From a virus (taxonomy: Duplodnaviria > Caudoviricetes): a stretch of DNA of 64,000 nt. Position numbers and translations under genes: made by a program. This document shows positions 43,122 to 57,100 of this stretch, piece after piece; position 1 is the stretch's first letter; each line of letters opens with the position of its first letter. The stretch spans positions 32,001-96,000 of the IMG/VR virus record IMGVR_UViG_3300013426_000016, one strand, 5' to 3'. Under the pieces are notes generated by a model. That model did no database searches and had not been told where the DNA came from. It saw only the letters and a program-made list of their open reading frames with translations.

Positions 43122-43645
43122 TTAAAAATCCAAATGTTCTATATATCTATGATTTTAGAGGAGAGGCGTTTGGTTTAGAAAATATTTGAAAATACTTAGT
43201 TATAATTAAGGAGAATAGAGCTTTAACAACAGATCTTCCTGTAAAAGTGATTACTATTTCAGAATGGTTTGAACTCATAGAAAAATGTGAAATCTTACCT
43301 TGGATATGTGCATGTATTAATAAAAAATACATACTTAAAGAGCATGTAAAGCTAATGATGAGTACAAATCCTTTACAGTTAAGAAAGAATTACGAGGAAG
43401 CTAAAAAACAAGCTTCTACTAATTTTGAATGGATGAATCTTTTTATTCGTATTGGTTGTACAAACCAAATTATAGAAAACCACAAACTCAGAAGATTAGA
43501 TTTCTCTTCAGCATATAGAGTGTTTACTTATACTAAGAATCCAGAAGAAACTTTCTATAAACTAGGAAGTAGAGAAATCGCATGGTTAAAACGCTATACA
43601 GACGAAATGTATTTAAAAGATAAAATGAAATGCAAACAATCTTAG
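43109..43645 (+). CDS. hypothetical protein (code 4)
   Basis: ATG 43109, TGA 43187 in frame with the track ORF. Confidence 0.65.
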
Positions 43646-44523
43646 TATTAAAAGGAGTCCCTGGGTCAGGTAAAAGCACTTATGCTAAAACCTGGCTGGG
43701 GGAATCTCCAGAAACACGTGTTATCGTAAATAGAGACACAATTAGAACAGAACTTGGTTGTTTTCCTATAGGAAATAATGCACAAGAAAAAGAAGTTTCT
43801 AAAAAAGAAATAGAATATATTACCAATGCTATCAAAGAGAATAAAGATGTTTGCATAGATGCGACAAATCTTAATTCAAAAACCCTTGAAAAATGGACTA
43901 AATTAGCCTCAAATTTGGGTGTGAAAATAGAATATAAGGAATTTATCATCTCTCTCGATGAGGCCTTAAAAAGGGATAAAATAAGAGAAAAACCAGTAGG
44001 TAAAAGAGTACTTTTTAGTTTTTTTGAAAGATATTATCCAGAAGAATTTAAAATCTTTTTTACAGATAAAAGACTTTCGATTAAAAAAGCTGAAAATAGA
44101 CCCTATAAGAAAGCAATTATTTGCGATTTAGATGGTACACTAGCGCTTCATACAGGGCGTTCCCCTTATGCATATAATGAACTTTCTACCGATGTAATTA
44201 ATAGTGATTTAAAAAGATTACTCTTAACTCTAAGTCACAATTATGATATTTTATTTGTTTCTGGTAGAGAGAACTCTTGTAAAGAAGCTACTAAAGAATG
44301 GTTAATTAAAAATTTTGCTGATTTGTGGAAAGTAGAATGGAGACTTTATATGCGTAAAACAGGTGATTTTCGCAAAGACGCAATTGTAAAAGAAGAAATT
44401 TATAAAACTTATATAGAACCAGAATACGACATAATAGCCGTTTTTGATGACAGGGATCAGTGCATAAATATGTGGAGAGATCTTGGATTATTATGTTGTC
44501 AGGTTTGGTACGGAGACTTTTAA
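43630..44523 (+). CDS. pseT: polynucleotide 5'-kinase/3'-phosphatase (T4 PseT-like)
   Basis: GVPGSGKST, NRDTIR, DATN; HAD domain CDLDGTLA, VSGR, RKD..VK, FDDR. Confidence 0.92.
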   Translation: MQTILVLKGVPGSGKSTYAKTWLGESPETRVIVNRDTIRTELGCFPIGNNAQEKEVSKKEIEYITNAIKENKDVCIDATNLNSKTLEKWTKLASNLGVKIEYKEFIISLDEALKRDKIREKPVGKRVLFSFFERYYPEEFKIFFTDKRLSIKKAENRPYKKAIICDLDGTLALHTGRSPYAYNELSTDVINSDLKRLLLTLSHNYDILFVSGRENSCKEATKEWLIKNFADLWKVEWRLYMRKTGDFRKDAIVKEEIYKTYIEPEYDIIAVFDDRDQCINMWRDLGLLCCQVWYGDF

Positions 44524-44524
44524 A

Positions 44525-44785
44525 ATGATTACAGAAATATTTAAAATTGGAGCAGACTGGTGCCTGCCGTGCAAACAGATGGATAAAGAGTTGAAAGACT
44601 TCGCTCTCGTTCCAGTTAAATATTTTGATGCTGATGACAACACAAATCTTTGTGATAAATATAATATAAAGAACCTTCCTACTCTTCTCTTTATGAGTGG
44701 TGAAGATGTTGTTTATCGGCATACAGGATTTATGACTAGAAAACAGATTGAAACTAAAATACAAGAATTAAATGAAGCTAATTAA
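44525..44785 (+). CDS. thioredoxin
   Basis: ADWCLPCK, YNIKNLPT, RHTG. Confidence 0.9.
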   Translation: MITEIFKIGADWCLPCKQMDKELKDFALVPVKYFDADDNTNLCDKYNIKNLPTLLFMSGEDVVYRHTGFMTRKQIETKIQELNEAN

Positions 44786-45635
44786 TAGTTATACAGAATA
44801 TATACCACAACTTCCTGGTGTTATAGGCATGTATAAGCATATAGAAAGAGCTATGCGAAATTGTTATCGTTCTGAAGATAAAATTACAGAAGACTCTTAT
44901 AACAGAATGCTTGAACTTGCTAAGAAAAATCACCATTATTCAGTACTTGAACATGGTACGGTATATTTGAAAATACCTCGCTTTAAAAGTACTGCTTTAG
45001 ATGAAAGGATTAAATTTTATTTAAATAATCATTGGAGTAGAGTATATATACATTATATAGAAGACACTTATTATGCTTATATAACTACGAACTTTAGAGT
45101 AATTGTAGAAAACGAAAAGTATGTAGACTTAAATTATATCTGCGAACCAGAACAGTATCATGAAAAGCGATATACATTTAAAGTAGTTTGTTCAGAAGCT
45201 ATAGCAAGAGAACTCAATAGGCATCGTATTTTTTCTATAGCACAACAAAGCACACGCTATTGTAATTATAGTAAGGGAAAGTTTGGAAATGAACTTACTT
45301 TTATTGTTCCACAGTGGTTATATGAACTAGAGCCTACATATAATGTGGCAATGCTTAAAGATCTAGCTGCTAAGGACACTAGAGTTAGAACTTATTTAGA
45401 AGCACTTGCCTCAGCAGAAGAATCTTATATACAACTGACCACAGGAGAACCTGCTTTAAAGGCCCAGGAAGCAAGAGGGGTACTTCCTTTAGATACTGCT
45501 ACTACAGTGTTTTATACTGCATTTAAAGACGATTGGTATCAGGTAATTGATTTGCGTTCTTCAGAATATGCACATCCGGATGTTAGAGTAATAGTAAATA
45601 CCATTAAAGAAACACTAGATGAAAGTATTGATTAA
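44772..45635 (+). CDS. thyX: flavin-dependent thymidylate synthase
   Basis: HYSVLEH, RELNRHR, QQSTRY, EARGVLP, LR..EYAHP. Confidence 0.95.
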   Translation: MKLINSYTEYIPQLPGVIGMYKHIERAMRNCYRSEDKITEDSYNRMLELAKKNHHYSVLEHGTVYLKIPRFKSTALDERIKFYLNNHWSRVYIHYIEDTYYAYITTNFRVIVENEKYVDLNYICEPEQYHEKRYTFKVVCSEAIARELNRHRIFSIAQQSTRYCNYSKGKFGNELTFIVPQWLYELEPTYNVAMLKDLAAKDTRVRTYLEALASAEESYIQLTTGEPALKAQEARGVLPLDTATTVFYTAFKDDWYQVIDLRSSEYAHPDVRVIVNTIKETLDESID

Positions 45636-45837
45636 TTATAGTCTTTATGGTATAGAATTAGACTTGCCAACTAATGCTACAAGAGAGCAACAAATAAATG
45701 CTCTCTTGACTGCTTTTGGTGGACCACAACTCTTACTTGATCATTTTATAAGGCATTTTCGAGTTATAGAAGATTTTATACCAGACATAGAACTTACAGC
45801 TGATGTGAAAGAAACTCTCCCAGAAACTACCGAATAA
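45619..45837 (+). CDS. hypothetical protein
   Basis: ORF in gene run. Confidence 0.55.
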   Translation: MKVLINYSLYGIELDLPTNATREQQINALLTAFGGPQLLLDHFIRHFRVIEDFIPDIELTADVKETLPETTE

Positions 45838-46513
45838 TACTCCGTATATAGCATTTGCTGGATTAAAGAACTCTGGAAAAGATACTGCCGCAGAAATGCT
45901 CTGTTACTGTTTAAATACACCTAAGTTTATGCATAATTATTATATGTATAAAACATTTAAGTGAGTAAAAGGAAAGTATAAAATAGTAGCATTTGCAAAA
46001 CCCATGAAGGAAATGCTTGCTATACTTTTAAATGTGCCAGTAAATAAATTTGAGGATAGGAAGTTTAAAGATTCTACTTATATTTATTTTCCAGAATTGA
46101 GAATCGAGAAAAATCCTCCTTATGAACAAGTTCTATCACAAAATGTTTTTAATAGACTTCTTGTAAGTAAGGATTACACCTTCCTTAAATGTATGTATAT
46201 TTCTATACGACAGTTAATGCAGTGTTTTGCTACAGATATAATGCGCTCAGTATTCGGAGATAAATTATGGATTTTGTCTACACTTAAAAGAAATAATTTA
46301 ATTATTTCTGATCTCAGATTTAAAGTAGAACTAGATGAAATCCATAAACAAAATGGTAAAATCATATATATAAAACGAGACTCCTGCGTTTCAGATAATC
46401 ACGCAAGTGAACAAGAAGTTCTTACTTTATATGCTAATAATGAATTTGACTACGTTATAGAAAATAATAAATCTTTAAAAGATTTGTTTAAATCTGTAAC
46501 TGAACTTATATAA
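45803..46513 (+). CDS. deoxynucleoside monophosphate kinase (code 4)
   Basis: ATG-TGA start; IAFAGLKNSGKDT, FAKPMKE, RQLMQ, ISDLRF..E, HASE. Confidence 0.85.
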
Positions 46514-46558
46514 AAATAGGCCTCTAGCAGTTTTCACTGTTAGGGGCCTTATTTTTTT
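46513..46558. terminator. bidirectional intrinsic terminator between convergent gene blocks
   Basis: A-run, AGGCCTCTAGCAGT/ACTGTTAGGGGCCT stem, then T-run. Confidence 0.85.
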
Positions 46559-49500
46559 AGTCGTTAAGGGTTTTTGCAATACCTTGGAAGTCTCTAAACA
46601 TACCAACGTTTTGAGTTACCCAGTAAGCAATATTAGATTTACCAAACATTAAATTTGTAGTTGATTTTATAAGTCTTTGCGCATTAGAAATTAAAGGAGG
46701 ATCTTGTCCAAATTGTCCAAGAATATTATTTAATTGAGAATCTTGCATAGCTCCAGTAAGAACAGCATATGCTAAATTCTCCATTGGTCCTTTATCTCGC
46801 ATAGCTAATCTTACTTTTTCCCAATTAACACCAGGATTTTCTACATCTGCGGATTGTCCAAAGATAGTATTTACAATCATTAACATAAATAATGTCACCC
46901 ACATATCATTAAAACAAAGTTTTAACATAGCACGAGTAGTTGGATTTGACCACATTTTATTTATATCTTCTTGATTCCAAGTTAATACAGCTTTCGCAAA
47001 TTTAAGGGATGCTTGTAACATACCTTGGAAAGGCAATTGATCATAATCGAAATAAAGTCTGCACTTCTCTTTTTCTTCTTCAGAAAGAGCATTAAATTCA
47101 CTTTCCAAAATGATATCTTTATGTGCTATACCATTATCGTCTTCATAAAAACGTACATATAAAGGTTTGCCATTTTTATCATATTGTTGATTTAATGTAG
47201 CAATATTATATTTACCTTCATGTATAGTTCATTGTTCCACCTTTGCAGTAAGGAATGTTTTATATTGAAGGAAAAGAGAACCAATAAAAGTATTACATAA
47301 TAAAGATTTAGATTCTTCATCATAGTGTCCATATAAATAGTCAGCATAGTTTTTAATACCTTCTGCTTCTTGTCTTGTATATGCCTGAGGTAGATTTTCT
47401 ACTTCGGTTAAACTATATTTAGAACCATCTGCTTTTCGGAAACCTTCTCGATTTAAATCTTCTATCATTTTCTGATAAAGAGAAAGTTCTTTAAGATATT
47501 CTGGACTAGACTTGTCACCTTTTACTAAATGTTTAAAACGAGCATCTTTTTTAATATCATATTGAAGAGTACCATTCTCATCTACAGAGTGAGCTTCCCA
47601 ACTTCCATCTCCCATCATTTTAGCAACAAGTAAAGACATACGATGCAAGAAATCAGGAGAAGTAGTACCTAACATTAAAGTATCCATTCCCCAGTGATTT
47701 ATATGTAACCAATTAAGTCTTCTTTGATTAGCTACCTGATTAAGAGATTGGTTTGCCATGCCATAAATAGCATTTAATTGCTGAAGCATACTTACACCAG
47801 AAGTATTTTTATGTGCTGTCTGAATAACATATTCTACAGCTTTCTTATAAGAATCCCAAGTAATTCCTGGATATAATTCTACTCCAGCTCTTGTAAGTCC
47901 TGTAATAGTACCTTGTAGAGTTTCTCGTAGGAAAGATTTAACATTTAAAGCAAGATTTACTTTAGAAAAACCTGATTTAAATACGTCTAAAAATTTAGCA
48001 ACTTGTTGTACAGGTTCTGGAATTATAGATTCACCATAAAATTTACTCTTAACTATATCATCAAAACGCTTTCTAATATTTGCCATATCTACAGTACTAA
48101 CTGTAGAACCCTTGGCATCAAGCATTTCCAAAGTAGTTTTTAAACCAGCTATAATAGGTACATATGTTTTACTTACATTAGAACGACAGAAAGCTACTAA
48201 AGAAGCGTTCATTACTAACTCCAGATCAGTTTCAAATAAACCATACCCATACTCATCTAAGCGAGATTGTCTTGCAGCTAAATTATCAAATTTAAGTTTA
48301 TTATACAGCTCTTGCTTTGTTGCAACGTAACCAGAAATACTATGTTCCGTAGGTTCAACACCCATAAACAAACCCTCTGTTAGAGTAAGATTTTCTTTCC
48401 ATTTATTTTTAGTTGTTTGCCACAAACCTAAATTTTTAACTTGTCTAGAGAATTTTGCTTCAAGTAAAGGAATTGCATAATAATCATCCATTAATTTAGC
48501 TTTTGCAAAATCTTCTTCTGTTTTAAGCTCCGGGTGTCTTAATTTAGCCATAGTTTTCAAGAAAGCATCTAACGCTTCTCTTGCTATTGGATCACCATCA
48601 AAATCAGAGGAATTTGGATCCTTTAAAATAAGGTTCTCTCGATCTGCAAACCAAGTTCTAAATACACTTTCTCCAGTACCATGAGTTTCATATAATTTCT
48701 GAAATTTAATCTGAACATCACGTCCAATTTCATAGACTTGTTTACGAACTTCCTTGGCATAATCTTCAATTACTTTACCAAGTTCTCGTATATTTACAGA
48801 AGAAGATAACGAAGGAGACTTAATCATTAAACCATTTAACTCGTAAATACGTCCTTTTTCAAAGTAATCGGGACGGTCTAACTCAGTTTTAACAGTATAA
48901 CCCAAAAGAGAGTTCAAGCCCTCTCTAAGCTTTACGTAAGCATTCCATATAGGGGTATTTTGATAACCTCTTCCTGAGAAAGGATTTATGTGATATTTTT
49001 GTTCTATAAGATTTATTCTATTCTTAAACCATTCTACAGAAGCATAATCATCATTATTTCCCTTCCCCCCATTCTCAATTACTTGACAAACATTCTCATC
49101 TGTTTCTTTAGCACTTTCGATTAAAGATTCTGCATCAGACATAAATAAAGTAGGATCTACTTTAGTAAGTCCACAAGTAGGATTCTCTTCTACTAAAGCA
49201 TCGAAATTATAAATTAAATCAGAGTTAAGAGCAGGCATTTCTATACCTAACCAAGGATTTACAACTTTGATTTCTGAGATTTTATAATTTTTAAATAATT
49301 CTGGATGCAAAGCGACATAAGACATTGCTTTCATCATTTCTACATTTCCAGCTAAAGCAGGAAGTACTCTTTGTCCTGCTTCCATATCAGAACGAGTTCT
49401 ACCAAGTAAGGAGGTTCCTTTCCATAATTTAGGTACACCCTTTTCCTTTTTAAAGTCAAAATCAGAAAGTTGCATTCTAAGTGCATCAAAAGAAAGCCAT

Positions 49501-51188
49501 ATAAGGGCAGATTTATTTCCTTTTGTAAATCTAAATAGACCTATGGAGTTGGCCGCTTCATCTTCTTGGAAAGTCCAGCTTTCTTGTAAATAAGGTCTAA
49601 AGGTTTCTTCTACAAAGTTTTTAGTATCATCTCTAAAAAGAGAAGTTAAAACAGAAATAGGATCACCTTGTTGTATAGATTTAATAGCAGCTGCTACATC
49701 TAATCGCTTAGTAGTTTGTAAAGAACCTTGTTGGCTAATAAGTTCTTGTAACTTAGTATCTAATTCACTTTCTTCACAATATGTTTTAGGCTGACCGAAT
49801 AAAGAAATACGATATTTAACTTTCCCTTCTTCATATTTAGGCTCTCCAGAAGTCAATTTGTGTACTAAACGATCTTGCTTTTTATAATATTCCACTTTAG
49901 TACGAAGATCCTCACCTCTAGCAATTACAGAGTTTTTTGGAAAAAATGCATCATTAGCCTTGGCTATTTTTTGTATGTCATCTGCTGTGAGTTCTACTTT
50001 TGGTTTAAACCAGGTTTTTACAGTAGAGGCAACTTCACCTCCTTTTAATCTACCTGGATTAGTAATAATGTCTTCAGCAATGTAGTTTACTTGTATGCTA
50101 TCTACTCCAGTTACTTCAAAAGGATCATCTTGATTTTCATATTTTAAATTTAACTTTATAGGTAAAATATTCGTATCAGATACAGGAATATCGTATTGCT
50201 CTACCATATTTCTATACATCTCCGTCTGATAAGAAGCAGCTAATTTCTTAGTAGATACCCATAATTTCTTCTCTTGAACTGCTTTATTTCCAGTGATTTG
50301 TCACCACTCTAATGTATTTTCTCCTTCGGGAGCAATACTCTTTCTTGATACCTTATAATCATATATATGACCTTTACCAAACTTGTCCACTACAAGTAAA
50401 TCTATTATACCATTAAAAGAGTCTAAATGTGCCCCCTCCAAAATAGTTTGAGCAATAGAAGATAAATTTTTAGACTTAATAGCCAACTCTGGATAAAAAG
50501 TACATTCTGGATACAAAGTCATTAGATGTTTTTTAAACTTAGTAGCTTGTTCTACTACAGAGTTAAATACATTATCAGGTAAAGTTTTGTTTACAGGAGC
50601 TTCTCCTTTAAAAACTTTTTCCATAATACTATGCACTTCTGTACCAAGTTCTGTTAATTTTGGCCAAGAAGCCTCTTCCATATCTAATACATTTTCAGCA
50701 GAAACTCCTTTCTTTTGCATAAACTCTTCTACTTTTAAACCTGTAGGAGTAGTTTTAGAAGAGGAAATATTTGGATCATTAAGTTCCGCTATAGTTGTTC
50801 TCTTGTATTCTGCCATATCCATAGGTGAAACACAAACATCTCCATTATGAAGATTAAGTGTTGTAATAGCTCGAGTAGTACCTATAGAACCAGGAATTAC
50901 TTTAATTTTATCCAAATCTTCCCCTCCTTCAAAAGGAGCACCATGATTAGGTTTATCTATAATAATTTGGTTACTAGTTATATCCGCTGTAATATTATCT
51001 ATCTTCTCTTTAATTTCTTCAGAAACAGATAAAAATTTTACAGTTCCTTTATTTTTATCTACCAATATCTGGTCTAAATTATTTAGGAGAAAAGAGTCTA
51101 GATTAGTATCTAGACCCTCTCCTAAATCAACTTGTTTTCCATTTAAGGTCAAACTTCATTTACAGTTTTCTCTTAAAATTTTATCCAT
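46557..51188 (-). CDS. giant virion cargo/RNAP-associated protein with PD-(D/E)XK-like domain (1543 aa, code 4)
   Basis: Three track ORFs join in frame through TGA; GTEVH...PEL...GIIDLLVVD...IYDYK motif. Confidence 0.8.
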
Positions 51189-54100
51189 TACAATCTTGTT
51201 CAAGTTTATTATTTTTATCTGTCTTGTTAATTAAATAAGTCTTTAACCAACCTACTTTCTGATTTTTTAGCATATAATCCTGAGAAATATCTCCCATAAA
51301 ATTAAATACTGAATATGCAAATTTTTCAACAGCTTCTTCAAGATTTAAACCTACTATTTCAGATAAATCTTTTACACCATCTGGGAATAGTGTTTTAAGT
51401 CCTTCTAAAACAATTTTATTATTAGCGAGATCAATTTCAGTTTCATCAGAAAGTTTTCCGGTAAGTACAGTTTCTATTTTATTACAAAGAACTTCTTCCT
51501 CTAAATCAGTACCAGTAAGCCAAGGATAATATTTAGTATAAGTTTCTATATCTTGCCCCGTACGCACTTTGTCTAACAAAGCATATAAAGCAACCCTATT
51601 AGGATCTGTTACATCTTTGTTTTTAATAGCAGCAAAGACAAAATGAGATAATTCATGCATTCCTACACCAATGGCATTTTTAGCGTCCAATTTAGCTAAA
51701 TTAAAATGAATCAAACCATTTTGTATAAAAGCCTTAGGAGAAGTCTTACTCTCATCTCTAAATGTACTTACAACCTTTTTATTATAATTTAATTTATCTG
51801 CAAAAGTATTAATAATATCTCTTGCACTTAAATTACCCAGTGGAGTAAAATGTGAGAGTTTAGTTTTTATTTCTACTCCAGCCTGTGATATGAGGCCTCC
51901 TGTCATAGGAAGATCGAAAGTACAATCCTTAGGAAGTTCCATAAATTGGAAACTTATAGGTTCATTAACAGATGTATCTGCATATTTACCTAACCTATAA
52001 GCAACTTCTTTTATAGGAATTTCGTAGTTCATATTTCCAGAATCAAGTTGGCCTATAAACTGATAGTATGCAGAAATCCCAGCAGGACTGTTTTTACTAT
52101 TTACCAGATTCTCAAATATACGAGTAAGTGACTGATTACCGTAAGAATTCTTATTTACAATTAAGTTATATAAGAAAAATAAATCCCCTATATTATTTCC
52201 AGCAACTGTGTCTTTAGCTATAGAGTTAAATCCAGTTAAATACTGATTATACTTTGCAAGAGAACTTTCGTCAGCATCAATTTCCATCATTTGCAATGGT
52301 AAACTATAAGTAAAAGATTTTAGCCTTCTATTCTCAGTAAGATTTAAATCTCTTACAAAAGGATTATCTTTATATACCATTTTTAAATAAGGAATAATAG
52401 CCTGTTCCATTATATGCTTAAATGAAGCAATATCCATAGCATTACTAAAAGTTAAATTTGCAACAGGTTCGCTTACACCATTAGGTTTATAAACTTCTAC
52501 AGGGCGTTTTATAGTATTAGCTAACTCTTCCAAATTAAGAGAAAAAGAGCTATTAAGAAGAAATTTATAAATCATGGTGTCATTTAAGTATCGATTAATC
52601 TCTTTATATGCCTTATCTGATAAATAAAATACTTTTTTGTTATTTAATAAAACATTTACAATAGCATCAGTTTTCTTAAACACATAAGAAGTATTATCCA
52701 ATACATCTTTAGCCACTCCATACACTTTAGCCATATTATAGAAATTAGGAGAAAGATATAGAGCCTCTAAGATATTAAATGTTCCAGAAAAATTAGTACT
52801 ATATAACTGTATAGCTTGTTGTGCATAGTTCGTATCTGTAAGGAAACGATTAAAATCAAGAAGAACAGGATTATCTCCAGCAGTTATTGGCATCATATCT
52901 ATGTTCTTACCGTAATTAAGGAAAGCTGAAATATCAGTACGTAAACCCCCGTTAACACTGGCCATTCTACCTAAAGTAGACATTTTATCTGCTGCGTCTA
53001 ACAACTGTCCTAATGTATTTAAGTTTTCCGCATTCTTCTTTACCTGTAAATATTCAAGTTTTTTACTTAAGATTTGTAAGCTTTTATATACTTTATATAA
53101 ATCTTTAGTTGTCCATGGAACATTTACTTTTACGCGTCCTCCATCACTATTTTGTTCTGCTTCTTCCAAAGCTTGGTAATAAGCATCCCACATTTCACTA
53201 GTAATACGTTCTGGAGCATAAGTCATTAGATCAGAGTTCTCAAAAGCGTCTATTACCGCAGCAATTGCTTGGGTATTAGTAGTAAAATCTTTAGTTTGGA
53301 GTAACTCTTTTCCATGTTTTTTTGCCCAAGAATTATAAAGCTGTACAACCCTTTCCTCAGTTCCTTTTTCAAATCCAGGTATTTTATCTGCTAAGAGTTC
53401 CTCAATCATCTTTTTAACTTTATTACCTCTAGTAGAATCGTCAAAAATATTATCCTTTCCTATTTCAGTAATCCAGTTAAACATTTCAGAAGTCATTATA
53501 TCAGAAATGTTTTTAAAAGGAGTTCCTAGCATGAAAGAGGTAGTATAAAAGTCTACAAGATCCGCAGTTGCATTTAATTTAGGTAAAGCCAAATCCTTAG
53601 CATTATCTGCACCTAAAGAAATGATACCTGACAAATAATCAGAAGCATTTACAGCCTTAGAATTTCGTATAGCAGTCTCTAATTGTCCCAAGAAAACTTC
53701 TTTATTTAAATTCCCATAAGCTTCTTGAGGAAAACTTCGGAAGCCTTCTAAAAGACCTTCTGTATTAGTATTTGCTAAGAAAGTTGGTTGACGCAGAATA
53801 GGATTGTTCAGCATCATAGAAATAACTTCTTGAATAGCTTCTGATAATTTACCTTCTTTTAAATATTGTCTTGCTTTATCTGCTTTAATATTTGCCATAT
53901 AAGACAGAAGATAATAAGTCTTTAGAGAAACTGCTCCAATGCCTACTACAGATTTACCTAACATATTTTGCACTTGCATTATAAATAAACTTGTAGCTAA
54001 ATCAGAAGTAACTTGCTTTTCAGCAGAACCAGAAGTAGTACTTGCAGCACGTGCTTTAAATTCTCCTGTACATTCATCTACAGCTATTTGTGCCTTTAAT

Positions 54101-57100
54101 TGCACTTCTGGAGATAAAGTGATATTTTTAATATTTTTAAATATACGTGTTTTAAGTGCTTCTGAAGAATCCCTTAGATAAGAATTTGTATGAGAATGCT
54201 TATTTAAAAGTTTTAAAAAATTAGCTTTCTTTGTTTCCCATTCAGTATCTACAACTACAGGGGTTTGGAAAGTAACTGTAGCTGTACCATTTATAGCATC
54301 ACTATTTATTTTATTTGCTATATAAATAAAGGTCTCTTTATCCTGTTTTGTTCACTCACGTACTGGTTTAGAAAGATTCTCTACTATAAAAGATCTTACT
54401 CCAGTTCCATTTTCTCCCTCTACAAAATTAACTTCATTAGGTTTAAAAAGCTTAGAGGCGTAGTAGTATCCCAAATTTCTTTGTAAAGAACTTCCAGAAC
54501 GTAATGTACCGTTTTTTAATATAGAAACTGTAAGCAGATACAGCTTATCAATGTCATAGTCACTACCTGTTAAATAGGTATTTTGTTTTGGCAAATAGAT
54601 TTCATTCTTTTCGCTGTCTGTATATGCCACCACTTTAAAAGGCATATAAGACTGCATATTCTGAGTAGGAATACGTGCTCCAATATAAGTACTTGCTTCT
54701 TTAAATGATTCATATTTATCATTAGCAAGCCTCTCTACTTCTCCTAAAAATCTATTTCTTTCCTTTTCAAGATTATTAGAGTCAACATTATTTCTGTAAA
54801 TATCTTCAAAATAATCAGAGTCTATTAATTTTTCAAAATCGTCTTCAGTTGCTACATTAATATAATTATAAGAATAAGTTCCATCACTAACTGTGGCACC
54901 TTTAATACCCTCTACTCCAGAAACAATAACTTCACCATTATATCTGAAATCCTCTCCTAAGGTACTAAATGCTGGATCGTCATTAAATTGTACACTATCT
55001 GTTAAGTGAGAACCTTCTTTTCCTATCTTTACGAGGAAAGGAACTCCATTATGATAAATGACTTTATCATAAACACTTAATTGTGTTTCTTCATCTAAAC
55101 TAAAGACCACATTTTGTAAATTATTTAAAATCTTTCTCTCGAAAAATTCTGAAGAAGTTATATCCGAAATTTTATCTGTTTTTTCTATTCCGATTTTTTC
55201 AAGTTGGTATCTACCGATAATAATTTCAGCAGGAATTACTTGGCTTTCTGGGCAATAAAAAGACACATAATTAGAAGTATCACCAAAAGCATCTTGTGCA
55301 GAAATACTAGCTTTATTTGCTAAATCTCTTACATCCTCTCCAGCCCTTACAGCTTGATTAAACTGTTTTCCGAATTTAAGAGCATTTAAGAAGTCCTGGG
55401 TTAATTGATTACATTCTGCAACTGTAGTAACTCCAAGTTTTTGAATTAATGCTGCTTTCTTTTCTGCATAAGGATCATTTTTTTTAGGGTTATCTAAGTA
55501 ATGCGCAGCTCTTACAGAATCATTATTATAATAACTGTAAGTACCTAAAGAAACACTATTTCCAGTAGCATCTATACCATATACAGTATATACAGTATCA
55601 GTACCTTTTAAATTCTTAGGTGCAGCTGTATTTACATAAATAATAGCATCTGGAGCATAATCTTTTAAATTTCTTAAAATATCATAAGTTTCAAAGTTGT
55701 CTACATAGTACTTAGTAATAACTCCATTCTCCTTTATATAAACAGTATCTTCAAACTCTATTTCTCTTTTATTAATTTCTTTTAAGAAAGGATTTAATTC
55801 TCCACCTATAATCCAAGCATTACTTGCAAGATCAGCATATGAAGAGTAAAAATGATTTTCTCCTGTATAATCTAGCCCAGTAAAACCTTGTCCTTCTATA
55901 TAGGAAATTCTATCACTAAGAACAGATTTACACTGTTCATTAAATTCTGGAAATAATAACCCATTTTTATAATACATAACATTATTATAACCAGGATTCT
56001 GTACAGCAGCAAAACCTTCATATTTTCGTCTAATAGCCCCCTTATTAAATAGAGAAATTACATTTGCCACAAAGCCACCATATAAAGTAGCATCACTAAA
56101 TGGCAAAGAGAAAGATTCTCCGTTTTTAGCAGCATCTAAGAACTTTTTGGAAAATGCCTGTGCAAGACCTATTGTATCTTTACTGCCTGTAGAAAAGCTC
56201 TCAACAAAAGATCTACCAACTAGAGTATTTAAAGCCTGTCTTGCCTGTTCTTTACTTTCAACAGAAGCATCTGCATTCTTTAAAGTATCTAAAACAGAAA
56301 CAAATCTTTGTACTTTATCGTTATTCCAAACAATGTTCCCAATGTCCTCATATACTTCTCTGGCTTCTTGGAGACACAAACCACTTTCTATAAGAGAAGA
56401 AATCATCTGAGTCATTTCAGTTACTTCCCCTTCAGCAAGTTCGTGATCAGCATCCATCATAATGCCTCCATACTTAGTAGAAAGATCGAAAGTGTAGAAA
56501 GGAGTATTATCTGCAAGAGAAGAAACAGGATTAACGTTTTCTGCTCCTACTTTACATGCTGAAGTATTTACTACATAAGCTACTTGTTTATCACGTAAAT
56601 CATATCTGATAGCTATTTTTTCTAGCATATCTACACTTGCTTCATTCCCTATAAAGGAGTTACCTTCTCTAGAAAAAGTAAAGCATCCACCAAATATTTG
56701 GTCTATATCATATAAGGTGTGATTCTGTGTAGTATCATAATTCCTTCCAGCTCTAACTGTACCATCAACAGAACGAAGTTGTTGTGTATAAACTCCATTA
56801 TTCTCAGTAAAACCTATAAGTTCTTCATATTCTAAGCTTAAAGGGTTTTGTATCCAGATAGTACCGTTCTTATTAACATATTCTCAATATTCCTGTGCTA
56901 AATTAATATTCTTATTAAAATCTAAAGAATACATTTTCTGAGTCTGTAATTCAAGACTATCATTAGCGGAATAAGAAAGTCTACGCAAATTATTTGTGAT
57001 AGCATATACGGCCCATTTTAACAACACTGGAGTATTATATGCTGCATCTATATCATGTAAAATAGTCTTTTTATTTTCTCCAGCATAAGCATCCACAACA

